A stretch of 64,000 nt of DNA, taken from Myxine glutinosa (lineage: Eukaryota). Made by a program: the position numbers and the translations under genes. How positions within the stretch are numbered: the stretch's first letter is position 1; each line of letters opens with the position of its first letter. Below are positions 21,216-32,087 of this stretch, in pieces. Below the pieces are notes generated by a model. The model ran no database searches. It saw only the letters and a list, made by a program, of their open reading frames with translations, and was not told the origin of the DNA. Location of the stretch: assembly GCF_040869285.1 (NCBI RefSeq), contig NC_090432.1; one strand, written 5' to 3'.

Positions 21216-22440
21216 ACAATATATATATAGTTACGTTTATGGGGGGTAGGTGAATGAATACCGTAGGAGAGGCAGAACTGTATAGGAAGTAGCATGGACC
21301 AAGGACACATAGGAGAAATCTCGAAGTACAGTACGTAGGGAAACTGTAACTTAAGGTTGTTTAAATGTTCACCACATGGGGGGGGGGGGGGGGGGGGGTG
21401 GGTGCTGTGCTAATTATCGGTAGGGCTTAAGGATAGTTTTCCATAGTGCATGATTACCCTCTGTAATCTTTCCCTTTACGTTTTTTTTTGCCACGGCTGC
21501 CATGAAAGCCTCCTTTGAATTGCATTTACAACCGCCAACTACAAGCAAGCAGGCTCCCGGACACTAAGCCCCATCCCAATGGACCTCATAGGCGAAAGCC
21601 CCGCCCACAAGAGGTGGAGAAATAGGAGTGCGGTCAAGGAAGGCCATGAGGCCATGCCCCGAGGGAAGTAATTAGATCGTGGGACGTGGGCGGGGTGAAA
21701 TAGGAGGGAAATGGCCCGATAGGCTCACGAGAGAAAAAGAAGAAGAGTCGGTCGCTTTTACTCGGGGAAGAAGGGCACCATCTTGCCGATCGTGCGCTGG
21801 TCATGCGGGGCATACGTTGGACTCCTGGGCTGCATTGGCAGTGTTTTGGCAGGTTTTGCAAAGTGTTGCAGGGGGTTTTGGCAACTGCTGGGCTCGTGGT
21901 AGGCTCAAGGCCACGCTCTTCACCACAAGGACGAGGAGGTGGAGTGAAGGAAGCCGTCTTGGCCACTTGCTTCATGCCTGGGCGTTTGACGCGTGGTGCT
22001 GCCACCTTTTTGGGGCGCTCTGGCACGGGAGGCATCGAACCGGACTATCGCCATCACCTTGACAAAATAACTCGTTGGGACGAGCTAAGTGCACTAAAAA
22101 GGACATTTTATTTTATCTTTCTCCTGTGTGTCCTTTTTGAGTCAGAGGGCGGAGGGTCCTTCAAAGTAGGTCATTTAGATTTTAATTAAACATTTATTTT
22201 CGTCCTTCATTTATTTTCATCAAATTATTTGATTGCTGAATTTATCATGGTGTTTGCATGTTTTGTGGTTTCAGAATAAACCCGTGTTTTTCGTTCAGAT
22301 AATCGCCTCACAGCCTTCCATCTCGCACGAGCGATAACCGCCATATTTGGCTGCCACCTCAGGAGTTAAAGCTGGTTCGGTTATCCATCATCAAGCGGTC
22401 TTAATCGCCAGTGACACGACTATATATATATATATATACT

Positions 22441-23840
22441 AGCAGAAGTACCCGGCATTGCCGGACGGGGAAGGGGAGGGGGAAGAGGAGGGGAGGGGAA
22501 CGGGGGGGAGGGGAGGAGAGGGGGGGAGGGGATGAGAGGAGGGGAGGGGAGAAGAGGGGGGGGAAGTACCCGGCATTCTGTGTATAAACGTGAGGGAGAA
22601 GAGGGGGGAGGGTAGGGGGAGGGGGGGAGGGGGAGGGGAGGAGAGGGGGGGAGGGGGAGGGGAGGAGAGGGGGGGAGGGGGAGGGGAGGGGGGAGGTGGA
22701 GGGGGGAGGGGGGAGGTGGAGGGGGGAGGGGGGAGGGGAGGGCAGGGGGGAGGGGAGGTCTGAATCGACATCGGCCTGAATCTTCGCAACAGCACGAAGC
22801 GGATTTTGGAGACTCACCGATCCTGTGACGCCCTCCAGTACCGGCGTTGCCGGGTGGGGGAAGGGAGACCCGTACATTCCCAACCTGTACATTCGCCCTC
22901 TCGACTCAAGCTCACTCGGACAAAAGCCTCGCACAAATTACACCGTGAAGGCCCAATGGCCATGTCTATGCCACAAATCAAGTACGTGAGCGAGTCGGGC
23001 GCACTGAATTGAAAATATATAGAACGCTCATACTCCGTGAAAAGTGAAGCCAACTGGCGGCGGGGATGGAACATCACGTGATCGCTCTGAGCGAATCAGC
23101 ACGCTGCTCTGCCACCGGTCAGAATCCGTGTATAATATTCCTCGCTGAAAAAAAAATCTATGTGAAACATGCTACTATCTATGCTAAATCATGATAAGTC
23201 ATGCTAAATGCTAATCATGCTAAAAATCTATGCTACTTGCTGTGAGTTTATGGCGGCAAGGAACATCACGTGATCGCATCACGAACATCATTCGTGATCA
23301 CGTCATCACGTGATCGTGATCGTCATCAATGAGCGCGAATGAGCAAATCAGCGTGCTGCTCTGCTCTGCCACTATTGAAGTGCTCTGCCAGTGGTTCAGA
23401 TTCCGTGTATAATATTCCTCGCTGAAACAAAATCTATGTGAAACATGCTACTATCTATGCTAAATCATGCTAAATCATGCTAAAATCCATATTGCTAAAA
23501 TATGGATCTAAAGATGAAAGAAAAAAAAAACCTATGTGGTGTGAATGGCAAAGTTCCTCGCTGAAATGTGAAAAAACGCAATCGCTCAGAATTGCGTGCG
23601 AACGCGTAACTGTGAGTTTATGGCGGCAAGGAACATCACGTGATCGCTCTGAGCAGCTCTGCCATCGGTCAGATTCCATGTATAATATTCCTCGCTGAAA
23701 TGCGCTGAAGTAAAAATATGGTAAAAAAATATTATGAAATAATTTTTTTTAGGTCGGCCATGTTCTTCCCAGGTTCAATGGCCATGTCTATGCCAAATAT
23801 CAAGCACGTGAGCCTCTCCGTTTAGGAATCTATCGGTAAC

Positions 23841-23848
<8 letters not shown>
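22441..23848 (-). repeat. Arm B of the inverted repeat; polypurine (GGGGA-rich) inner end, three ~270-bp subrepeats, outer (CA)n
   Basis: Mirror of arm A. Subrepeats lie near 23075-23150, 23340-23430 and 23630-23700. Confidence 0.75.

Positions 23849-23876
<28 letters not shown>
23849..23876. repeat. (CA)n microsatellite
   Basis: Direct reading. Confidence 0.9.
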
Positions 23877-23877
23877 G

Positions 23878-23956
<79 letters not shown>

Positions 23957-23965
23957 TATATATAT

Positions 23966-24047
<82 letters not shown>

Positions 24048-24052
24048 TATTG
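23878..24052. repeat. (TA)n microsatellite (~175 bp)
   Basis: Direct reading. Confidence 0.9.
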
Positions 24053-25448
24053 TGGAAATGATCATATTGTGGGTTCACCCATATTGTGGGTTTATATATA
24101 TACTATTGTGGAAATGATCTTTAGTTGTTAATTAAACTGTTTAGTAGAACGATAGTTATTTCTTCGCACCTTAGCATTTGTGCAATAGATATGTGTTGTG
24201 TATGTACAGACAGAGATGTCTGTTTTCCCTATCCTACTGTTTTGTCCTTCCCTCTTCAAACCTCTGCATGTGTTTTTAATGTTATTGTTCTCTGTTTTCA
24301 TGTCTTTACAAAGCGCACATGAGAGCTTTGTGGCCCAAGCCATGAGAATGTGCAGGTGTGGCAAATCTTTATCGAGATAGCCGGCCATTAGCCTGACCAC
24401 AGGAGCTGATTGTTGTGGTCAAACAGCATTGAGGAAGTCAGCAATTGCTTCACCTCGGGAGCTCGCCCACGCGGCCCGGCACGAGGCCAGATGGCAGTTG
24501 ATCTCGCGTGTGGTTTTACCTTTAACGGCTGCTTTTGCAGTAGAGGGAACTATTTTGAAGTCAGTTGGCAATGCAGCTGAGATAGAGAGGCTGTTGGCCA
24601 TTACAGCTGCTCTGAGAGAAAGAGAGAGATATGTAAAAGTCAAGAGAGCAAGAATTACCCCAAGAGGAGAGGCAGCATTTGGAGGAACAGCAGGAGAAAG
24701 GAGAATGCCTGAGTGTCTGAATGTGCTGAGCTGAGTTTGTCGGAATGGTGAGCATTTAATCCCGAGAGCAAAGAGGGCTCAATTTGTTGGATTGACCGTT
24801 TTGGAGCTTGATGTGTTTTTACGCCAGGTTACACTAAAGAGCTTCCCATAACTCTTCTTCCGGACTCCTGCACAGCTTACCTGTGGGTTTGCAATCACCC
24901 TCTTGGCCTTTTTATTTGGATTCCCTTTACTGTGTTCTTGTCAAGTGAGTGAACCGGCCCAAGATACGAACTGTTAAGAAATCTGTGACATTTTGGGTTG
25001 TCCGAAGGCAGTACTTAGGGATAACCGGGTTTATTTACTGATTGGTTTATATTTGTTTATTGCATACTGGTTGCTAATGCTTCATGTAAACCTTTTCACA
25101 TGCCATTTAATTGGTAAATAAATGTACCTGGTCTCCGGGTTGGATTCTGCCCATTGTGGTGATTTAATTTGGTCTCATTTGGTTATTTCGTTATTATTAG
25201 ATGAACTGGCTCAACCCGACTCAGAGCACTCGCGATCTATGGTTGCTCAGCCAGATTCGGAAGGTCGCGAGCGCCTATCGGCGCAACACTCGGATGCGCG
25301 GTCCCAACGAGTATTGTAACATGCCAAACAGGTCCAACAACTTGCTCGGAGCTGTGGACTTAACTGGCAGTTGCGGTCATTTTGACATGATCCACATAAC
25401 TCAATCCGGGCTACCGCACGGTCCCGCGGCTGTTACAATTTTATTTTT

Positions 25449-25900
25449 ATGTACAGCACTGTGCAAAAGTTTGGGTTATTCCAATGACATTCATACTTCA
25501 TGGTAAATTTATCAATTAACATATGTGATAAGAATCATATGTGCTTATTATAAATTACCAGCCTTTATAAATGCATGTGAAATAAACTGCTGAAATAAAT
25601 ATCAAGAACAGTGTCATTTTATAGTATCAGTCAATACATTGTGTGTCCGCCCTTCTTCTTCTTGAGTGCCATCACTCTTTTACCCATGCTTTGTATATGA
25701 CTGAGGCACTCTTACAGGAATATTGCACCAAACATTCTGTCGTAACATCTTAAAGCCCGTTTCGGGATCCGTGAAGTAACTTATTAGACTTCCGGCACAT
25801 AGCAATCCCGTTAACGGACCCCTCTGATGCAACTTTCCAATCCAGTCCGTTGCCCGGCCAGCCACTTGATACTATGTCAATCTGTGAAACTTATCAAATG
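25449..25900 (-). mobile_element. Tc1-like element fragment (terminus plus degenerate transposase C-terminus)
   Basis: The terminus reads TACAGCACTGTGCAAAAGTTTGGG on the + strand at 25449. The minus-strand ORF reads ...LHQRGPLTG...MLRQNVWCNIPVRVPQSYTKHGKRV(M)ALKKKKGGHT, resembling the Tc1 C-terminus (...IP...SY.KRL.AVI.AKGG.TKY), with a frameshift. Confidence 0.5.
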
Positions 25901-26320
25901 CCATTTGAAAGTCCAGATACACGACATCCACTGCACATTCCTCATCTACCCAATCAGGAGCTGCTTCATTGAACCCCAATACATTTGTTAAATTTAACCT
26001 TAAGTCCGTGCTGACTACCTTGAAATAGCTTTTTAATTATTCAAACTGTTCCCTATCCATTCCTTAATTAATGTCTCCAACACCTTCTCCACAACTGAAG
26101 TTAAGCTCGCAGGTGTATAGTTCCTCAATTCTTCTCTGGAACCTTTCTTGTATCGTGGGTTAAATATGTATTAATCAAGCTCTCAATCTCCAGACTGTCT
26201 AGAAAAATGTACCCAATTTATGTATCTTTTCATCGACATCTCTACTATTGTACTTCTTGTAGATTGATTATTGGGGAAAAAGTTTAAAATATTGCTTATG
26301 GTATTTCATTCCCACTACAG

Positions 26321-26428
26321 GAAATGCTAATGACACATTTGGAAGAGTCGAATAACATTGACCGAGATATTATCTCGTGCCAGAGCGTTCTGCAAACAAT
26401 GGCAGCAGAAAGCAAGACTATTGAGGAG
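26321..26428 (+). CDS. CCDC113: CCDC113 orthologue exon (cccactacag| to |gtgcgg), 36 codons
   Basis: EMLMTHLEESNNIDRDIISCQSVLQTMAAESKTIEE is collinear with human ...NLDKEILLRKELLEKIEKETLQVEE. Confidence 0.55.
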
Positions 26429-27164
26429 GTGCGGCTCAGAATTTTCGGTTATATTGCTTATGTAACCCACCTCCATTCTTGCATCCCTCTGCTCTTTTTT
26501 CTTCTTCTTCTGTGAAACCTACTCTGTGTCTGTCTTATGCTCCTCCCTTCAGTATTTCAAGAGTGCTCTCCATCATCACCTCATGCATTCTCCCATATCT
26601 ACCTCTGCTCTGTTATATTCTTGTTGACCTCCATCTTCCATCACCACCTTCTACCTCCAACCCACATCCTGCCCCTCCATTCCTTCTCTCTCATTCCCCC
26701 ACTCAAATGCAATGCCCTTGTCACCCTATCCCCTTTGTTACTATGTCAATCTGTGAAACTGTTTCCCTGTGACATTTAGCTCCTACGTGAGCATAGATGT
26801 TTTTATTTTTTTTAAATACATTTTGCTCTCCACAGTGATACGGAGCAAGTAACTTAGGAGCGACCGATCTTTCAAGTTTCTTGATGCATTTTGGGTTAGC
26901 AACTATATTTGACATTGTCAAAATAAAATTTGTAAAAGAAGTACAGTAAATAAAAGTCATCTGAATGTCAAACATTTTCTGCCTCTTACTGGAGATTTGT
27001 CCTTTAACAATTTCACAATCATTTATTCTTTCTGATGGCAAATATTACCCAGGAAAGGAGAAAGGACAATTGTATTTTTAATCACCATCTCTTTTCATTT
27101 TGAAGAAAAAAATCCAAGCACAACAGTGTTGTGGTTCACTAAAATAGTTTATTGTTTCTAGCAG

Positions 27165-27320
27165 GAAATACAATTGGTGGATGAGGAAAGAACGCGACTT
27201 AAGACGCGATTGGCCAGTTATCGCGTTCCAACTGTTATGGAGTATATGCAGAAGAAGGCACAACACAATGAGCTGAAACGTACCATCGCCATCTGGGAGC
27301 GCAAGGTTGAGATCAAAGAG
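27165..27320 (+). CDS. CCDC113: CCDC113 orthologue penultimate exon (tctagcag| to |gtgagc), 52 codons
   Basis: EIQLVDEERTRLKTRLASYRVPTVMEYMQKKAQHNELKRTIAIWERKVEIKE matches human AVNKRLRKQLAEFRAPQVMTYVREKILNADLEKSIRMWERKVEIAE. Confidence 0.7.
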
Positions 27321-27649
27321 GTGAGCAAGAGAGAAGATTAATTTCTCAGTCTTTTTTATCCTCATTGTAGTGACCCTCATAGCGATGTTATCCACAGAGT
27401 CAAATCCTTAAATTGGGAGCAGTACCTCAAATAACTAAATCGTAATGTTGTAAATGTATAAAGCATAACTACCAAAGTATATCTATCTATAATTCCAGTA
27501 ATCTCTGTGTGTCTGTGTGTCTGTGTGTGTGTCTGTGACCGCTGTTTCTCGACAACCACGGGTCCGATATACTTGAAACTTGCCAGGTATATTGCTGGGG
27601 ACCCGAGGATGTGCCTTTTCAAGGTTTCATATTAATCGGAGAAGTAGTT

Positions 27650-28150
27650 ACCGAGCTATGTCCAAAAAACGATTCAACCAATCAGAGAGCAGCGAGCTAT
27701 CACGTGTGCCGAACGTGGCGAACAGACTCTGCCTCGGACGGCACATTTGAGAGCGTATTCATTTATTTCACGTTGGAAAACTATGTTGCCGTTAAACTAT
27801 GTTTTAAAACTAATTAAAACTAATTTGCGATTCATCGTAACTGCGATTTGCGACCTTCCGGACAGTGAAGACTGCACTTCCGGCAGCCAATCACAGAACG
27901 CGTTATTGCGTAGGCGTGGCCGATGTGAGAGCGAGCCGAGCCGAGCGCGTGCGCCATTACGGTTCGTAATTCGATTTCTTCCGGAGAAAATAATAATTTC
28001 TCGATTTCTTATGCGCATTATTTCTCCCAATTCAGTCAGAGCGAAGGGCGGAAGCGAAGAGCGTTGTTTTTTTTGTTTACGGGCGTACGGGCGTACGGGC
28101 GGGGTAGAGCGTACGGGTAGCGTTTTTTTTTTTTTTTGGCAAGGAACGGG
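27650..28150. promoter_or_regulatory. GC-rich, CpG-dense block with two CCAAT boxes (ccaatcagagag at 27679-27690, gccaatcacag at 27887-27897) and (ggcgtacgg)n 9-bp repeats at 28080-28130; possible promoter or CpG island
   Basis: This is read from composition and motifs only. No downstream ORF was identified. Confidence 0.25.
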
Positions 28151-28695
28151 CACCCACGTACGGGCATGCCCTAGTTAGATAAAAAATAGTGCTGTGATAG
28201 TTCAGTGTTCAGATTAGTCAGTTAGTTCATTTATTAGTCAGGTCAGTCTCTTGACTGCCACTGATAACATGCAACTCAGTGATACCTGCCGCATGGTCGG
28301 GTAGTCGGTGACTAAACCAACTACCCTCAATGGCTTGCCAGTGTGGAGGATGACTGTGACACCCCACAGGACTAAAAACAATACCTGTTAAAGGGCGGAT
28401 GAGCTCCCCCTTAGTGAGCCAACGGCCATCCAGTAAGGAGGTGGTATCTCCTAAAAAACACCCATCCGGTTGGACCAGTTTTTTTTAGGTATTAGGTTGT
28501 AGACAGCAACCGCCCAGGGTGGTACTACCGTTCAGACTTAGGAGCGTTAAAGTGGTGCCCTGAACCATCTTGCACTCTCCGTCTCAGAATTGCTGGTCTT
28601 ACTTTCTGTCTCATTCAAACTATAGCTAGGGCTAGCTTCAATCTCTCAATCTCTCAATCTATCTATCTCTATCTCTATCTCTATCTCTATCTCTA

Positions 28696-28699
<4 letters not shown>

Positions 28700-28752
<53 letters not shown>
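28700..28752. repeat. (CT)n microsatellite, preceded by (ctatct)n
   Basis: Direct reading. Confidence 0.9.
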
Positions 28753-28756
<4 letters not shown>

Positions 28757-28761
28757 AACAA

Positions 28762-30410
28762 ACCACACACTTTCCATCATACACTTTTCATCACACAATT
28801 TTCATCACACACTTTTCATCACACACTTTTCATCACACACTTTTCATCACACACTTTTCATCACACTATTTTCATCACACAATTTTCATCACACACTTTT
28901 CATCACACACTTTTCATCACACACTTTTCATCACACAATTTTCATCACACAATTTTCATCATACACTTTTCATCACACCTTTTCATCACACAATTTTCAT
29001 CACACACTTTTCATCACACACTTTTCATCACACACTTTTCATCACACACTTTTCATCACACACTTTTCATCATACACTTTCCATCATACACTTTTCATCA
29101 CACAATTTTTATCATACACTTTTCATCACACACTTTTCATCACACACTTTTCATCATACACTTTTCATCATACACTTTTCATCACACACTTTTCATCACA
29201 CACTTTTCATCACACACTTTTCATCACACACTTTTCATCATACACTTTTCATCATACACTTTTCATCACACACTTTTCATCATACACTTTTCATCATATG
29301 CTTTTCATCATACTCTTTCCATCACACACTTTTCATCAAACACTTTCCATCACACACTTTTCATCATACACTTTTCATCATACACTTTTCATCATACACT
29401 TTTCATCATACACTTTTCATCACACACTTTTCATCACACACAATTCATCACACACTTTTCATCATACACTTTTCATCATACACTTTTCATCACACAATTT
29501 TCATCACACACTTTTCATCACACACTTTCCATCATACACTTTTCATCACACAATTTTCATCACACAATTTTCATCACACACTTTTCATCACACACTTTTC
29601 ATCACACACTTTTCATCATACACTTTTCATCATACACTTTTCATCACACACTTTTCATCACACACTTTTCATCATACACTTTTCATCACACACTTTTCAT
29701 CACACACTTTTCATCACACACTTTTCATCAAACACTTTTCATCATACACTTTTCATCATATGCTTTTCATCATACACTTTCCATCACACACTTTTCATCA
29801 AACACTTTCCATCACACACTTTTCATCATACACTTTTCATCATACACTTTTCATCACACCTTTTCATCACACAATTTTCATCATACACTTTTCATCACAC
29901 GCTTTTCATCATACACTTTTCATCATACACTTTTCATCACACAATTTTCATCACACACTTTTCATCACACACTTTTCATCACACACTTTTCATCACACAC
30001 TTTTCATCATACACTTTTCATCATACACTTTTCATCATACACTTTTCATCATACACTTTTCATCACACAATTTTCATCATACACTTTTCATCACACAATT
30101 TTCATCACACACTTTTCATCATACACTTTTCATCATACACTTTTCATCACACAATTTTCATCATACACTTTTCATCACACACTTTTCATCACACACTTTT
30201 CATCACACAATTTTCATCACACACTTTTCATCATACACTTTTCATCATACACTTTTCATCACACACTTTTCATCACACAATTTTCATCACACACTTTTCA
30301 TCACACACTTTTCATCACACACTTTTCATCATACACTTTTCATCATACACTTTTCATCATACACTTTTCATCATACCTTTTCATCACACACTTTTCATCA
30401 CACACTTTTC
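28762..30410. repeat. 14-bp minisatellite (ttttcatcacacac / ttttcatcatacac variants), about 117 copies over ~1.65 kb
   Basis: Direct reading. The 437-aa ORF 29298..30611 (HTFHHTLFITHFSS...) is its translation artefact. Confidence 0.95.
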
Positions 30411-30695
30411 TTCCTCATTTTCACTCCTCACCTTCACATTCTCTCTCTTTTATTTCTCTTTATGCAGTTCTTATATTTAAGGCCTGGTCTCGATGAGAAC
30501 TATATAGTCCGTGTCCGGAGCCTTCAAAATAATATAAGATACTGTATATTACTCGAGATAACTGTCATTTTGTATTTTCAAGGTGTGATTACCGAAGATT
30601 TTCGAGTATAAGGCACACTCGTGTAAAGGGGTTCCCCCATTTTTTACCCTTTCTTGACGGAAATTTTTTTAGGATGCATTTCCCAATCATCCTCA

Positions 30696-31358
30696 TGTAG
30701 CGGTTACCGCTGGGTGTACACAATCGCCATGCACCTACCAAGGACGCGGCCAGGGAGCAATCACCATGCCGGGCTCGTCCAGGCCGCCCGGACAGGCCCA
30801 GACGCGCCTCTCCCGGGCATGCCCGGACTCGTTGTTCCCGGGCTCGCACGAGCCTCCCGGGCACGCCCGGTCTCGTCTTTCCCGGACATGCCCAGACTCG
30901 TCTTTCCAGGGCTCGCCCAGGACACCCGGGCATGCCCGCTCTCGCCTTTCCAGGGCTCGCCCAGGACGCCCGGGCATGCCCGCTCTCGCCTTTCCAGGGC
31001 TCGCCCAGGACGCCCGGGCATGCCCGCTCTCGCCCAGGACGCCCGGGCATGCCCGCTCTCACCTTTCCAGGGCTCGCCCAGGACACCCGGGCATGCCCGC
31101 CCTCGCCTTTCCAGGGCTCGCCCAGGATGCCCGGGCAGGTCCAGACTCGCCTTTCCAGGACTCGCCCTTGACGCCCGGGCATGCCCGGTCTCGCTTTTCC
31201 CGGGCAAACGCTCCGGCATAATGTGTATATATATTGCTGCCCGATAAACGGGCTTTTGAGAGTACCCGAGATTGATACGTGCAATAAAGCAACTCGGATG
31301 AATTTCCGTCTTTGGTCCCGTCAATCCTTCCGACTCACGTTGGAGCATAGCTCCTTCA
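30696..31358 (+). repeat. Gypsy 5' LTR (663 bp) with internal ~44-bp tandem repeats (tttccagggctcgcccaggacgcccgggcatgcccgctctcgcc)
   Basis: It matches 35218-35851 (~96-97% identity, plus one extra repeat unit). A TATA-like gtgtatatatatt is near 31222 and aataaa at 31277. Confidence 0.9.
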
Positions 31359-31373
31359 TTGGTGACCCCGAAC

Positions 31374-32087
31374 ATGGACACGGCAGTTGCCCTTAAACTG
31401 TCTACCTTCTGGGAGGCTCACGCGGCTGTTTGGTTCGCCCAGGCGTACTCGCAGTTCGCCCTGCGAGGCATCACCGCCGACAACACCCACTTCCACCATG
31501 TGGTAGCAGCGCTCGGCTCCGCCACCGCGGCCCGCGCCCTGAGCCTCCTCGAGCGCCCGACAGCCGCTGACAAGTATGGCGTGATCAAGACGCTCCTCCT
31601 CGACGCTTTCGCCCTCTCACAGGCGGAACGCGCACGACGCCTGCTCGACCTGCCCGGGCTCGGCGACACGCGCCCGTCCGAGCGAATGGACTACATGCTC
31701 TCGTTGCTCGGCGAGCACTCTCCGGATTTTCTGTTCCGAGAGCTGTTCCTCCGCCAGCTGCCTAACCAGGTACGCCTCGCCCTGGCAGGCACGTCGATCA
31801 CGGATCCCCGCGCCCTCGCCAGGGAAGCCGACAAGATCTCCTCGGCAGGCCAGCACATCGGAGCGGCTACCTGGAGCCCGCCGCCGTCCGAGGCGACGCC
31901 CATGACGCCCGAGCGCCCTGCGCGGTTGGAGGCCGAACTGCCGGTGCAACTGGCGGCCGCCACGCCGCGCCGACCGCTTCCAACACGACGGCCGGGGCCT
32001 CCACCTGACCAGGCGTGGTGTCATTACCACGCCAGGTTCGGACACAAGTCGGGAAATGGCCGGGCCGGCGTTCATTACCAGCCATGA
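31374..32087 (+). CDS. Gypsy Gag
   Basis: ORF in the frame preceding pol, ending 32087. MDTAVALKLSTFWEAHAAVWFAQAYSQFALRGI... Confidence 0.7.
   Translation: MDTAVALKLSTFWEAHAAVWFAQAYSQFALRGITADNTHFHHVVAALGSATAARALSLLERPTAADKYGVIKTLLLDAFALSQAERARRLLDLPGLGDTRPSERMDYMLSLLGEHSPDFLFRELFLRQLPNQVRLALAGTSITDPRALAREADKISSAGQHIGAATWSPPPSEATPMTPERPARLEAELPVQLAAATPRRPLPTRRPGPPPDQAWCHYHARFGHKSGNGRAGVHYQP

Noticed and set aside
21634-22035. 133-aa minus-strand ORF in the inverted-repeat centre (MPPVPERPKKVAAPRVKRPGMKQ...)
   Set aside because: It has no recognisable domain and no flanking element structure. I mention it only as a possible remnant ORF1/gag start; the evidence is insufficient to call it.
24419-24755. 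Overlapping 74-101-aa ORFs on both strands
   Set aside because: They are short with no motif, splice context or homology recognised, consistent with random ORFs in intronic DNA.
28380-28560. Possible structured-RNA-like segment (cccagggtggtactaccgttcagacttaggagcg)
   Set aside because: I could not assign any conserved RNA secondary-structure features by eye. It is probably TE-derived spacer.
29298-30611. 437-aa ORF (HTFHHTLFITHFSS...)
   Set aside because: It is a translation of the 14-bp minisatellite and has no complexity.
30589-31396. Multiple 150-230-aa Pro/Gly/Arg-rich ORFs on both strands over the Gypsy LTRs (also 34877-35928)
   Set aside because: These are GC-rich tandem-repeat LTR sequence. 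The ORFs overlap in all frames, and the region is non-coding U3/R/U5.
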